The notes under the pieces: model-generated
What the model saw: only the letters and a program-made list of their open reading frames with translations
Database searches by the model: none
Told to the model about the DNA's origin: nothing
Source: Vicugna vicugna
Taxonomy: Eukaryota
DNA: 64,000 nt
Reading direction: 5' to 3'
NCBI GenBank assembly: GCA_013265495.1
Contig: MU058017.1
Location: forward strand, 186,001-250,000
Part shown: piece by piece, positions 11,005-22,819 of the stretch
Position numbering within the stretch: the first letter of the stretch is position 1
Layout of the letters: each line of letters starts with the position of its first letter
Translations under genes and position numbers: made by a program

Positions 11005-13448
11005 TTCAGAGCTAAATACACAAATAGACTGAAAGTGAGGGGGGAAAAATAATTTCTTGCAAATGTAAATGACAAGAAAGTGGAGGTAGCAACATTCAAA
11101 TCAGATAAAGTATATTTGAAAAGAAAGTCTATAAAAAAGAGAGAAGGGCATTATAAAGACAAATGGATCAATACAAGAAGAAGATATTACACTTGTTAAT
11201 ATGACTGCTTTTAATACAGGAGCATCTAAATGCATAAAACAAATATTAACACACATAAAAGGAGAAACTGACAATAATACAATAACATCCCATATACATC
11301 AACAGAATGACTATCCAGACAGAAAATCAGTAAGAAAACAGTGGTCTTAAGAAGACCAGTTGGAATTAATAAATGTCTACAGGACATTATATCTAACAAC
11401 AGCAGAATACAGTTTTTGCAAGTGCATATAGAACGTTCTAGGATAGATCCTATGCTAGGACACAGAAGTCTCAACAAATTTAAGAGAAAAACAGTATCAA
11501 GCATCGTTTCCAATCACAATGGTAGTAAACTAGAAATCAGTCACAAGAAGAAAAATTGGAAAAACTCACACTTGAAGACTAATAAACACCATGCTAGTGG
11601 AAAAAAAGAAAAAACAGTCAGTGAAGAATTCCAAGAGGAAGTCAGAAAATACCTCAAGACAAATAAAAATGGAAACATACTTTCCAAAACTATGGAAGGC
11701 AGCAAATGTTCTAAGAGGGAAGTTTGCAGCAATACAGGCCTGCCTTAAGACACAAGAAAAATCTCAAATAAACAACCTAACCTGCTATCTAAAGGAATTA
11801 GAAAAAGGAACAATGAACAAGGCCCAAAGTCAGCAGAAAGAAAAAAATAATAAAGATCAATGAAACTGATTTGCTTTTTTTTTATTTTTGAAAAAATAAA
11901 CAAAATTGATAAACCTTTGCCAAGGTCATCCAGAAAAAAAAAAAGAGAGAGAAGTCATATAAAATACGAAATGAAAGAGGACAAAAAACCACCAATATCA
12001 CAGAGATACAAAAATATATATAACCAAATACTATGAAAAATTATATCCAACAAATTGGACAACCTAGAAAAAATGGACACATTTCTAGGAATTTGGCCTT
12101 CTACAAATTGGACTTCCAGAAATTTTAGATTTCTACAATTTTAATTTCTAGAATTTCAAGACTAAATCAGAAATAAACAGACATTCTCAACAGGACCAAT
12201 TACTAGTATTGAAACTGATTTGTAATAAAAACCTCTCAGGAAACTAAAATCCTGAACAGGATGGCTTCACAGGAGAATTCTACCAGACATATAAAGAAGA
12301 GCTAATATCCATCTTTCCCAAGCTATTCCAAAAAATTGAAGAGCATGGAACATTCTCAAATTCATTCTACAACTCACCATTACTCTGATACCAAAACCAG
12401 ACAAAGACACTACAAAAAAAAAAGGAAATTACGGGATAGTATCTCTGATGAACATAGATGTAAAAATTATCAATAAAATACTAGCAAACTGAATTCACCA
12501 ATATGTAAAAAGGATCATACATCATGATCAAGTGTGATTTATTCCAGGGATGCAAGAATGGTTCAGTATCCACAAATTAATCCATGTGATATACCACATT
12601 ACAAAAAGGATAAAAATTACATAATCATTTCAATAGACAGAGAAAAAAGCATTTGACAAAATTTAACACCCATTCATGATACAAATTCCCATTAAACTGG
12701 TATAGAGAAAACATATCTCAATATAGGAAAGATCATTTTTGACAAATGCATAGCGAACATCATACTCAACAGTGAAAAGCTTGAAGCTTTCCTTTTAAAT
12801 AAGAAACAAGACAAGGATGCCCATTCTCACCATTTCTATTCAACATAGTATTAAAAGTCTTAACTATAGCAATCAGACAAGTAAAAGAAATAAGAGGTAT
12901 TCAAACTGGAAAGACAGAAATAAATTTGTCACTATTTGCAGATAGCATGATACTATATACAGAAAACCCATAAAGTCTCCACCAAAAAAAAAACCCTTTT
13001 AGAATAAGTGAATTCAGTAAAGTTGTAGAATACAAGATTAATATCCAGAAATGTGTTGTTTTTCTATACACTAATAATGAATTATCAGAAAGAGAAAGCA
13101 GAAAAAAAGACCGTTTAAAACTGCATCAAAAACAATAAAATACTTAGGAGTAAACTTAAGCACAGGGTAAAAGACCAATACTGTAAAAACCATTAAACAC
13201 TGATGAAGGAAACTGATAATGTTGCAAAGAAACATCATTTCATTATAGGTGTTCCTTCCATGGGTTGGAAGAATTAATACTGATAAAATGGTCATACTAC
13301 CCATACAATTTACAGATTTAATAAAATCTCTGTCAAAATACCTATGACATTTTTCACAAAACTAGAAAAAATTATCATAAAATTTATATGAAATCACAAA
13401 AGATCCAGAATTGACAAAGTAATCATGGGTAAAAAGAACAAATCTCGA
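11005..13448 (+). mobile_element. LINE-1 ORF2 segment (endonuclease through RT), truncated at both ends, decayed
   Basis: agactgaaagtgagggg (EN domain), SRIDPMLGH motif, ggatggcttcacaggagaattctaccagac, ctatttgcagat. Ends abruptly at aaaaagaacaaatctcgag, where the next L1 5'UTR begins. Confidence 0.93.
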
Positions 13449-15624
13449 GATAATTCACAAGTGGCCACATAGGAAGATCCTAACCTCATCTCTTCTTACA
13501 AACACATCAAAATTACAACTAATTACCACAACAAAAGTTACAGAAAATTACAAACACATCAAAATTACAACTAATTACACAAAAAATTACTGTTGATAAG
13601 TAAGACTGGAATCTCCAGAAAAGATCTTCTACAATTAAGTATAAGGAAGGAACAACAATGAGGTGGAATGGAGGAGTGGAGTCACAGTTTGGTTAAGATC
13701 CGTAACTTTAAGTGGTGATCCACAAACAGGAGAATAATTACAATTGCAGAGATTCTTCTCAAGGAGCAAGGGGTCTGAGCCACACATCAGGCTCTCCAAA
13801 CTGGCAGTCCTGCACCAGGAAAACAAGCCCTGAGAACATCTGGCTGTGAAGGCTGGTGGGGCTTACTTTCAGAAGACCCGGAGGGCTGTGGGAAATAAGA
13901 CACTCCACTCTTAAAGGATGCACACAAAATCTCACATGCTCTGGGGCCCAGATCAGAAGGAGTAATTTGAAAGAAGCCTGAGTCACACCCACCTGCTGAT
14001 CTTGGAGAGGCTTTGAGAGAGGCAGGAGGAAACTGGAGGTAACACTGAGAACACAGACACTGGAGGTAGCCATTTTGGGGAGCTTATTCTACCATGTGGA
14101 CACTGGTGCTCACAAGCACTAGTTTGGAATCTTCCCTCTAGCTTATTGAACTTAGGTCCAAGCCCTACCACACACTGACCCCAACAGAGTGGGACACCTC
14201 AGGCCAAGCAACAAACAAGGTGGGGACATGGCCCCACCTACCAACAGGCAGGCTCCCAAATGACTCTTTGAGACCACAACCACCTCTGGACACTGCCCTG
14301 TCCATCACAGGGCCCAGAACTCAGTTCCACATATCAGAGTGCAGGCACTAGACTCGGCTGAATGAGGAGCCCGAAGTGTCAGGGCCCTGAAGCCAGATAC
14401 CCCATGACCCAGCTCCATTCACCAGTGGGTAGATAGCAGCCTAAGGACACAGTGGGCACCAGCTGTGCCTACCTGGGGACTGACACCAGCCCCAAGATTT
14501 CTGCTTTCCTGAAGTATATTACCAATAGACCCAGCCCACCCACCAGCAGGCTGGCACCAGCCCCAGGATCCCACTGGCCCCCACCCCAATCACCAGCAGA
14601 TCAAATCCAGCTCTGGGACACCTTGAACCCAACATCCAGTAGCCCCAGGATCTAGCTCCACTTATCAGCTGGCTGACAACAGCTTCAGGAACCCCTGGGC
14701 CTTGCCACTAGAGACCCTGGGATACATCTCCACCCACCAGTGAGCCATCAGTAGCCCTTGGATCACTTGGTCTCCAGCCCTGGCACCAGCCCACCAACAC
14801 CAGCTCTGAGAGACATTGGACTCCTCAGCCAGCTGCCTCACTAGGCCCACACGACCTTTCAGATATCTGAGACCTGCAGCCAGCCATATCAAGAACACTC
14901 CCACCCACCAGCAGGCTGAAGCTAGATCCAGGAACTCTGGTCCTTCAACTACCTACTCCAGAACCTGGCTCTGCTCACCAGTGAGGCAAAACTACCCAAG
15001 GCCCCCTCCACAGCCAGCTACATCATGACACAGCCCTACCAACCAGTGGTAGACAGAATCTGCACAAGGCAGGGCATAGCAACCAACCCAGCCAGTGCCC
15101 AGCCATGCCTGGAGACCACCCACAGCAATCAGCCCACCAAAACAGAAAAACTCATGCGGCCTACATAAGAGATGCCCCTAGAGAATATATCTCTGGTGAC
15201 CAGAGGGGGAGTTCTGGGATGCAGAGGATATCTCCTACAAAAAGTCACTTCTGCAAGATCAAGATCAGGTAGCATAACCAACCTACCAACAGAGAACAAA
15301 AGCAGCATATTAGGCAAAATGAGATGACAGAAGAACATTTTCCAAATGAAGGAACAAGATTAAAAATCCCAAAGAACTAAATGAAGTGGAGACAGACAAT
15401 CTATCCAACAAAAAGTTCAAAGAAACAATTGCAAAGATGATCAAAGAATTAGGAGAAGAATGGATGAATAGAGTAAGAAGTTAGACTTTTTAACAAGTAG
15501 TTATAAAATATAAAGAAGAATCAAGCAATAAAATGAGTAAACTAAAAAATACACAGGAAGAAATCAACAGTAGATTAGTTGATACAGAAGAACATAGTGA
15601 GCAGAAAATCACTGAACCTGAATA

Positions 15625-15723
15625 ACAGAAAGAAAAAGAAAGAAAGAAAAGAAAGGAAAGGAAAGAAGAAAAAAGAAAAGAAAAAAAGGAAAGAAAAAGA
15701 AAGAAGGAAGGAAGGAAGGAAAA
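15625..15723. repeat. Purine-rich (GAAA)n/(GGAA)n microsatellite inside L1 ORF1
   Basis: Directly visible agaaagaaaaagaaagaaagaaaag...gaaggaaggaagga. Confidence 0.9.
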
Positions 15724-16626
15724 TCAGGACAGTTTAAGAAACTTCTAGGATAATAACAGACATAGTAACAGTCTTATTATGGAGGTCCTAGAAGGTTAAC
15801 AGAGATAGAAAGTAGCAGAGAATATATGTGAAGAAATATTAGCTGACATCTTTCCTAACCTGGGAAAGCAAACAAACACCCAAGTCTGGGAAGCACAGAG
15901 AGTCTCAATCAGGATCAACACAAAAAGGATGACAGAAAAGACACATTGTAATTAAAATGGCAAAAATTAAAGATAAAGAGAATATAAAAAGCAGCACAGG
16001 AAAAGCAACAAGTTCCATATAAGGAAATTTCCTTAAGGCTACTTCTCAAATTGCAAGGGAAAGAACAGAAAAGGAAAGGAACAAAAAGAAACAAACAAAA
16101 GAACTACAACATAATCCCAGAATAATGAACAAAATGGCAGTAAGTACATGCCTATTAATAATTACTTTAAATGTAAATAAACTAAGTGCTCCAGTCAAAA
16201 AACAGACAGCAGATAAACGGGTACAAAATAAAAAAGCATATATATATTGCCTACAAGAGACTCACTTCAGACCTAAAAACATATACAGACTAAAAGTGAA
16301 GGGGTAGAAGAAGTTATTTCATGCAAATAGAAATCAAAATAAAGCTGGGTAGCAATACTTATATCAAAAAGATAGACTTTAAAATAAAGATGTAACAAGA
16401 GACAAAGAAGGTTATATAATGATCAAGGAATAAATTCAAGAAAACAATTATCAATATATCTAATATAGGAGCACCTAAGTACATAGAGCAAATATTAACA
16501 GACATAAAGGGAGAAATTGAGAGTAACACAATGACAGTAAGGGAATTTAACACTCCACTTACATCAATGAACAGAGTATTAGTAAGGAAACATTGGCCTT
16601 AACTAACAAATGAGACCAGCGGAACT

Positions 16627-16671
16627 AACAGACAGACAGAGACAGACACAGAGAGACAGACAGACAGAGAT
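16627..16671. repeat. (GACA)n/(GA)n microsatellite inside L1 ORF2
   Basis: aacagacagacagagacagacacagagagacagacagacagagat. Confidence 0.85.
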
Positions 16672-19600
16672 AAAGATTTCATCCCAAAGCAGCAGAATAC
16701 ATATTCTTTTCAAGTTCACATGGAATATTTTTCAGGATAGATCACATGCTTGGCCACAAAACAAGTCTCAGTAAATTAAACAAAGCTGAAATCATACTGA
16801 GCATCCTTTCTGACCATAAATCTATGAGACTAGTAATTAATCAACTACAAAAAACTGAAGAAGAAAACAAAAACACAAGGAAGTTAAACAGTACACTACT
16901 AAACAAAAAATGAACCACTGAAGAAAGCAAAAAAGAAATTAAAAATACTCAGAGACAAATGAAAATGAACACACAATTTGGGACACAGCAAGCAGTTCAA
17001 AGAGTGGAGTTCATACTGATACAAATCTATCTCAGGAAACAAAAAAACCTCAAACAACCTAACCTTACACCTAAAAGAACTAGAAAAAGAATAACAAACA
17101 AAACCCAAGGTTAGCAGAAGGAAAGAAATCATAGAGCAGAAATACATGAAATAGTGTCTAAATAAATAACAGAAAAGATAAATGGGACTAAGATCTGGTT
17201 TTTTGAAAAGAAACAAAATACATAAATGTTTAAGCAAGAGTCATCAAGAAAAATAAGAGAACATAGAGCAATAAAATCAGAAATGAAATAGAAGTTACAA
17301 CCAACACCACAGAAATACAAAGGATCATAAGAAATTACCATGAAAAATTATATGCCAATAAAATGGACAACTGAGAAGAATTAAACAAAATCCTAGAAAT
17401 GTTCAAGCTCCCCAGGCTAAACCAGGAAAAAAACAAAACAGAAAATATGATCAGATTAGTTACCAGTAAGGAAATGGAATTAGTAGTTTAAAAAAAACTC
17501 TGAACAAATAAAAGCCCAGGACCAGATGGATACATTGATGAATTTTACCAAACATTTTGAGAAGAGTTAACACCTATCCATCTCAAACTTTTCCATAATA
17601 TTGTAGAAAAAGAAATTCTGTTCATTCTATGAAGTCAGCATCACCCTGGTACTAAAACCAGACAGAGAAATCACACAAAAAAAGAAAATCACAGGCCAAT
17701 ATCACTGATGACCACAGACAAAAATCCTCAACACAATATTAGCAAACCAAATCCAACAATATGTAAAGGATTATGCACCATGATCAAGCAGGGTTTATTC
17801 CAAGGACGCAAAGATGGTTTGATATCTGTAAATCAATCAGTGTGATACACCACATTAACAAACTGAAGAATAAAAATCATAGGATAGTCTCAATAAATGT
17901 AGAAAAAGCTTTTGACAAAGCTCACTCTCCATTTATGATAAAAAAAAAAAAACTTTTCACAAAGTGGATGTAAAAGGAACATACCTCATCACAAAACAGG
18001 CCAAATATGTTAAGCCCTCAGTTAACATCATACTCAATAGTGAAAAGCTGAAAGTATTTCCTCTAAGATCAGGAACAAGACAACAATCTTCACTCTCATC
18101 ACTTTTATTCAACATAGAACTGGAAGTCCTAGCTATAGCAGTAAGACAAAAAAAAAAAAAAGATAAGTAAAAAGAATCCAAAATGCAAAGGAAGAATTAA
18201 AACTGTCACTATTTGCAGATGACATGATACTATATGTAGAAAATCCTATAGACACCATCAAAAAAATACTAGAGCTGATCAATGAATTTGGTAAAGTTGC
18301 ATGATACAAAATGAATAATTAATGTAAATAAATCTGTTGTACTCCTGTACACTAACAACAGACTATCAGAAAGAGAAGTTAAGGAAACAATCTCATTTAT
18401 AATCACATCAAAAAAAAATACCTAGGAATAAATATAAGCAAATAAAAGACCTGTACTTGGAAAACTATAAGACACTGATTAAAGCAATTAAAGATAATAA
18501 AAAGAGATGGAAAGACACATTACGTTCTTGGATTAGAAGAGTTAATGTTGTTAAAATGACCGTATTACCCAAGGCAATCTACAGATTCATTGCGATCCCT
18601 ATCAAATTACCAAAGGCATTTTTCACAGAACCAGAACAAATAATCTTAAAATTTATTTGGAAATATCAAGGACCCTCAAATACCAAGAGAATCTTCAGAA
18701 AGAACAACAATGCAAAAGTTATCATACTTCCTGACTTCAGACTATACTGCAAAGGTACAGCAATCATTACAGCATGGTTTTGGCATAAAAACAGACACAC
18801 AGATCAATGGAACAGAAAAAAGAGCCCAGAAATAAGCCAACATACTTATGGCCAATTAATCTATGAGAAACGAAGTAAAAATGTACAATGGAGAAAAGCC
18901 AGTCCCTTCAATAAGTGGTGCTGGGGAAACTAGACAGCTACATAGAAAAGAATGAAATTTGAAAAATATCTCACCATATACAAAAATAAACTCAAAATAT
19001 TTTAAAGATATAAATATAAGACTGGAAACCATAAAATTTTTAGAAGAGAATATAGTCAGAACCCTCTTCCACATAAATTGTAGCAATAATTTTTTGGATC
19101 TACTTCCTAAGGCAAAAGAAACAAAAGCAAAATAAAGAAATGGGATCTAATTAAACCTAAAAGCTACCCAGCAAAGGAACTCATTGACAAAATAAAAAGA
19201 CAACTTACTGAATGGGAGACAATATTAGCAAATTATATAACTGATAAGTGCTTAATATTCAAAGTATGTAAATAACTCATACAACTCAATATCAAAGCCT
19301 GATTGAAAATAGGCAAAAGACCTGAATAGATATTTTCCAAAGAAGATATACTCGAGAACAACAGACACTTGAAAAATGCTCAACATCACTTATCTTCAGA
19401 GAAATGCAAATCAAAACTATAGTGAGATATCATCTCACACCTCTCTGAATGGCTATCACCAAAAAGACCAGAAATAGTAAATGCTGGTGAGGTTGTGGAG
19501 AAAAGGGAACCCTTGCACACTGTTGGTGGGAATGTAAATTAGTGTAACCACTAAGGAAATCAGTGTGGACGTTCTTCAGAAAACCGAAAATAGAACTACC

Positions 19601-20254
19601 ATATGAACTAGCAATTATACTCTTGGTATATATCCAAAGAAAACAAAAATTCTAATTCAAAGAAAGATTCATGCACCCCAATCTTTATAGCAGCTTCATT
19701 TAACAATAGTCAAGATATAGAACTAATGTAAGTGTCCATCAGCAGATGAAAGGATAAAGAAGATACACATACACACACAGAGACAATGGAATACCACACA
19801 ACCATATAAAAGACTGAATTTTGCCATTTGCAACAACATAAATCGTCCTGGAGGGTATTATGCTTAATGAAATAGGTCAGACATAGAAAGACAAATACTG
19901 CATGTTATCACTAATATGTGGAATATAAAAAATAAAATAAATATAACAAAACAGAAACATACTCACAGATATATAGAACAAACTAATGGTTACAAGTGGG
20001 GAGAGTGAAGTGGGTAGGGGCAAGATATGTGCAATGGATTGAGATACAAATTACTATGTATAAAATTAATAAGTAACAAGGATATATTGTGAAGTACAGG
20101 AAAACATACCCATTATTTTGTAATAACTTTAAATGGGGTATAATCTATAAAAATACTGAATGATTATGTTGTACACCTGAAACTAATATAATACTATAAA
20201 TCAAATATACTTCAATTTTAATATTTCTAAATTCAAAAAATAAATTGTTAAAAA

Positions 20255-21110
20255 GAAAAAATGAGCAAGACCTTAAATAGATATTTGTCCAAAGATCTAT
20301 CAGTTCCCAATTGGCGCATGAAAAAGAATTCATCATCATCTATCATTAACAAAATGCAAATCAAAACCATAATGAGATATCATTTCACACCCACTGGGAT
20401 GACTTCAATCAAGAAAATGTAAAGTAACAAGTATTGGAAAGGATGTAGAGAACTGGACTCCTCATAGATTGCTGATGGGAATGTATCATGGTGCAGTTGC
20501 TGTAGAATACAGTTTTGCTATTCCTCCAAAAGCTAAATATAGAACTACCATGACCCCATTCCACTTCTAGATATATTTTATTTCAAGAGAAATGAAAACA
20601 TATGTCCACATAGCAACCTGGACACAGATTTTCATAGGAGCATAATAGCTGAAAGATAGAAATAACCCAAATGTTCATCTATGGACTAATAACTAAACAA
20701 ATTATGGTATATACAAACAATGGAATATTATTCAGCTACAAAAAGGAACAAAGTACTGTTACATGCACCAAGTTGGACAACCTCAAAAACATTATGGTCA
20801 GTGAAAGACGTCAGATACAAAAATCACATACTACATGATTTTTTTATACGATATACCCAGAATAAGCTAATCTATCAAGATATAAGGCACATTAAAATTT
20901 ACCAGGAGATAGACAGAAGAAATGGAGCATGATTACTTAAGATATTTGAAGTGTTTTATGGGGTGATAAAAAAAGTTTCAAAACTAAAAAGCACTGGTAG
21001 TTGTTCAACATTATGAATATACTAAATACTACTGCATTGTACCCTACCACTGAATAGCACACTTTAAAATAGTTAATTGTATATTATGTAAATTTTACCT
21101 AAAACAAAAA
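20255..21110 (+). mobile_element. Older L1 (L1MB/MC-like) 3' end
   Basis: aaatgcaaatcaaaaccataatgagatatcatttcacacccactgggatg; aatggaatattattcagctacaaaaaggaac; cactttaaaatagttaattgtatattatgtaaattttacct. Confidence 0.85.
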
Positions 21111-22540
21111 ACTTCCCCACAATAACACCAGAATAAGATAACTTTACAAAAAAGATTTAGGAAAAAAAATCCATGGAACAAGTAACACCCATGTATCACA
21201 AACTACTTCATTGAATAAGGAGAAAAAAATGTCCATTTTATTTTATAAGGCTAGGAAAAGCTTAATAACAAACCCCAAGTGGGACAATACAACTTAAGAG
21301 GATATTACAACAAACTAATTTTAAATATATGTTAATAGAGAAAAGATTACTAAGTTCAATACACCAGCTAATTAAAAATCTTCATCACAACTCTGAGTGC
21401 CTTAAAAAGGCTCATTCATTAACCTGACACAACTAACAAAAGAATCAATGATCATGAAGAGGAATCAGTAAAAATTACCCAAACTAAAGCAGAAAAATTG
21501 AACAGAGTAAATTAAACAAGGAAAAATAAAAGGACAGAACACCCCAGAGCTGTGGTACAAACCAAAAAGTATAAGCAAGTATAACTGAAATGTCAGAAAG
21601 AGAAGACAGAGAGATAGACAAAGAAATATTTAAAGAGGTTATGCTGAAAATTTTCCAAAATTATTGACAGTCACCAAACTACAATTTCAAAAAGCTCAAA
21701 AATACCAAAGAGGCTTTTTAAAAAGAAATTGACACCGCATGATTTTTTTGCTCAAAACCAAACACAGAAAAGCCTGAAGGAAGTCAGAGAAAAAGCCACA
21801 GGGAAGATATTTAGCCAAAATTCAGCAGGCTTCACATTAAAAACTATGAAAGCTGAAAACAGTGGAGACATCTTTAAGATGCAAAAGACAAAAACTATTT
21901 ACAAAGAATTCTATACACAGGGTAAACAGCATCAAAATGACAACTTCTGCTCCTCCAAGGACACAGTTAAGACAATGAAACAGCTAGATACAGAACAGAA
22001 GAAAATATTGCAAATTACATAGTTGATTAAGGACTTAGGTCTAGATTATATAAAGAACTCTCAAACTCACTGTTAAGAAACAATCCAATAAAAAATGGAC
22101 AAAATAGACACAACCAATGAAAGCAAATTTATATAGCAAATAACCACATGAAAATTACACTCACTGTCATTTTTGAAATGCAAACTACAATGAGATAATG
22201 CTACATGTTTCTTACAATAGTTAAAATTATTTGACAATGTAAAGTAATAACAAGGATTTAAGGCACCTGGAAATCTCATCTTATTAGTGGGAATGCAAAA
22301 TAGTTCAGGATGAAAAATGGTTTGGGGAGTTTATTATAAAGTTAAGTACAATTATCATATGACAACCTCCTTATGTTAATCCTAGAAAGTATACACTAAT
22401 AATTTTATTTATAATCAGTAACAATGTGAAATAACCCAAATATCCCTCAACTGGGGAATGGGTTAAAAAAAGTGATATACCCACACAATAGACAACAACA
22501 CAGCACTAAAATATATCGAATTACTGATACACACAGACAG
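21110..22540 (+). mobile_element. Highly decayed old L1 fragments (ORF2, ORF1 and ORF2 C-terminal pieces)
   Basis: ORF1-like aagaaatatttaaagaggttatgctgaaaattttccaaaatt; ORF2-like aacttctgctcctccaaggacacagttaag, aaagaactctcaaactc, gaaatgcaaactacaatgagata. Confidence 0.7.
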
Positions 22541-22589
22541 TATGTACAGTTATAGCAGAGTTTTTCAAGTCCTGAGAAACACACCAACG

Positions 22590-22810
22590 GCTGCTAAGAT
22601 ATAGAATAATTCTATCACCCCCCTCAAATTCCCTGTACCACTCTGCAGTAAACTCAGTCTCACATTCAACCCCTAGTAATCACTAAACTGTTTTTTTACT
22701 TCTGTAGTTTTGTCTTTGCAAGAATGTCATGTAATGAAAGCAAACAATATATAGCCTTTTGACTTCTTTCACTTAGTTAACTGTATTTGAAGATCATTTA
22801 TCTTTTAGCA
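22590..22810 (-). mobile_element. Old L1 (L1MC-like) 3'UTR fragment
   Basis: aagatatagaataattctatcaccccc..aattccctgtaccactctgcagt..tctgtagttttgtctttgcaagaatgtcat; same type as 50320-51260. Confidence 0.7.
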
Positions 22811-22819
22811 GTATTACAT

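Larger units (their letters stand above)
13455..20250 (+). mobile_element. Near full-length decayed LINE-1: long C-rich 5'UTR (~13455-15317), ORF1 remnant from ~15319 with C-terminal deletion, ORF2 ~16134-19920, 3'UTR
   Basis: 5'UTR resembles the one at 6065 (aataattacaattgcagag, ccacatcaggctc, cactcttaaagga). ORF2 start [58 protein letters not shown]; 158-aa ORF2 piece at 18457-18933; 3' end gtacacctgaaactaatataat..tatacttcaat. Confidence 0.95.

Noticed and set aside
13455..20250. Active full-length L1
   Set aside because: ORF1 and ORF2 contain many stops, frameshifts, microsatellite expansions and an ORF1 deletion.
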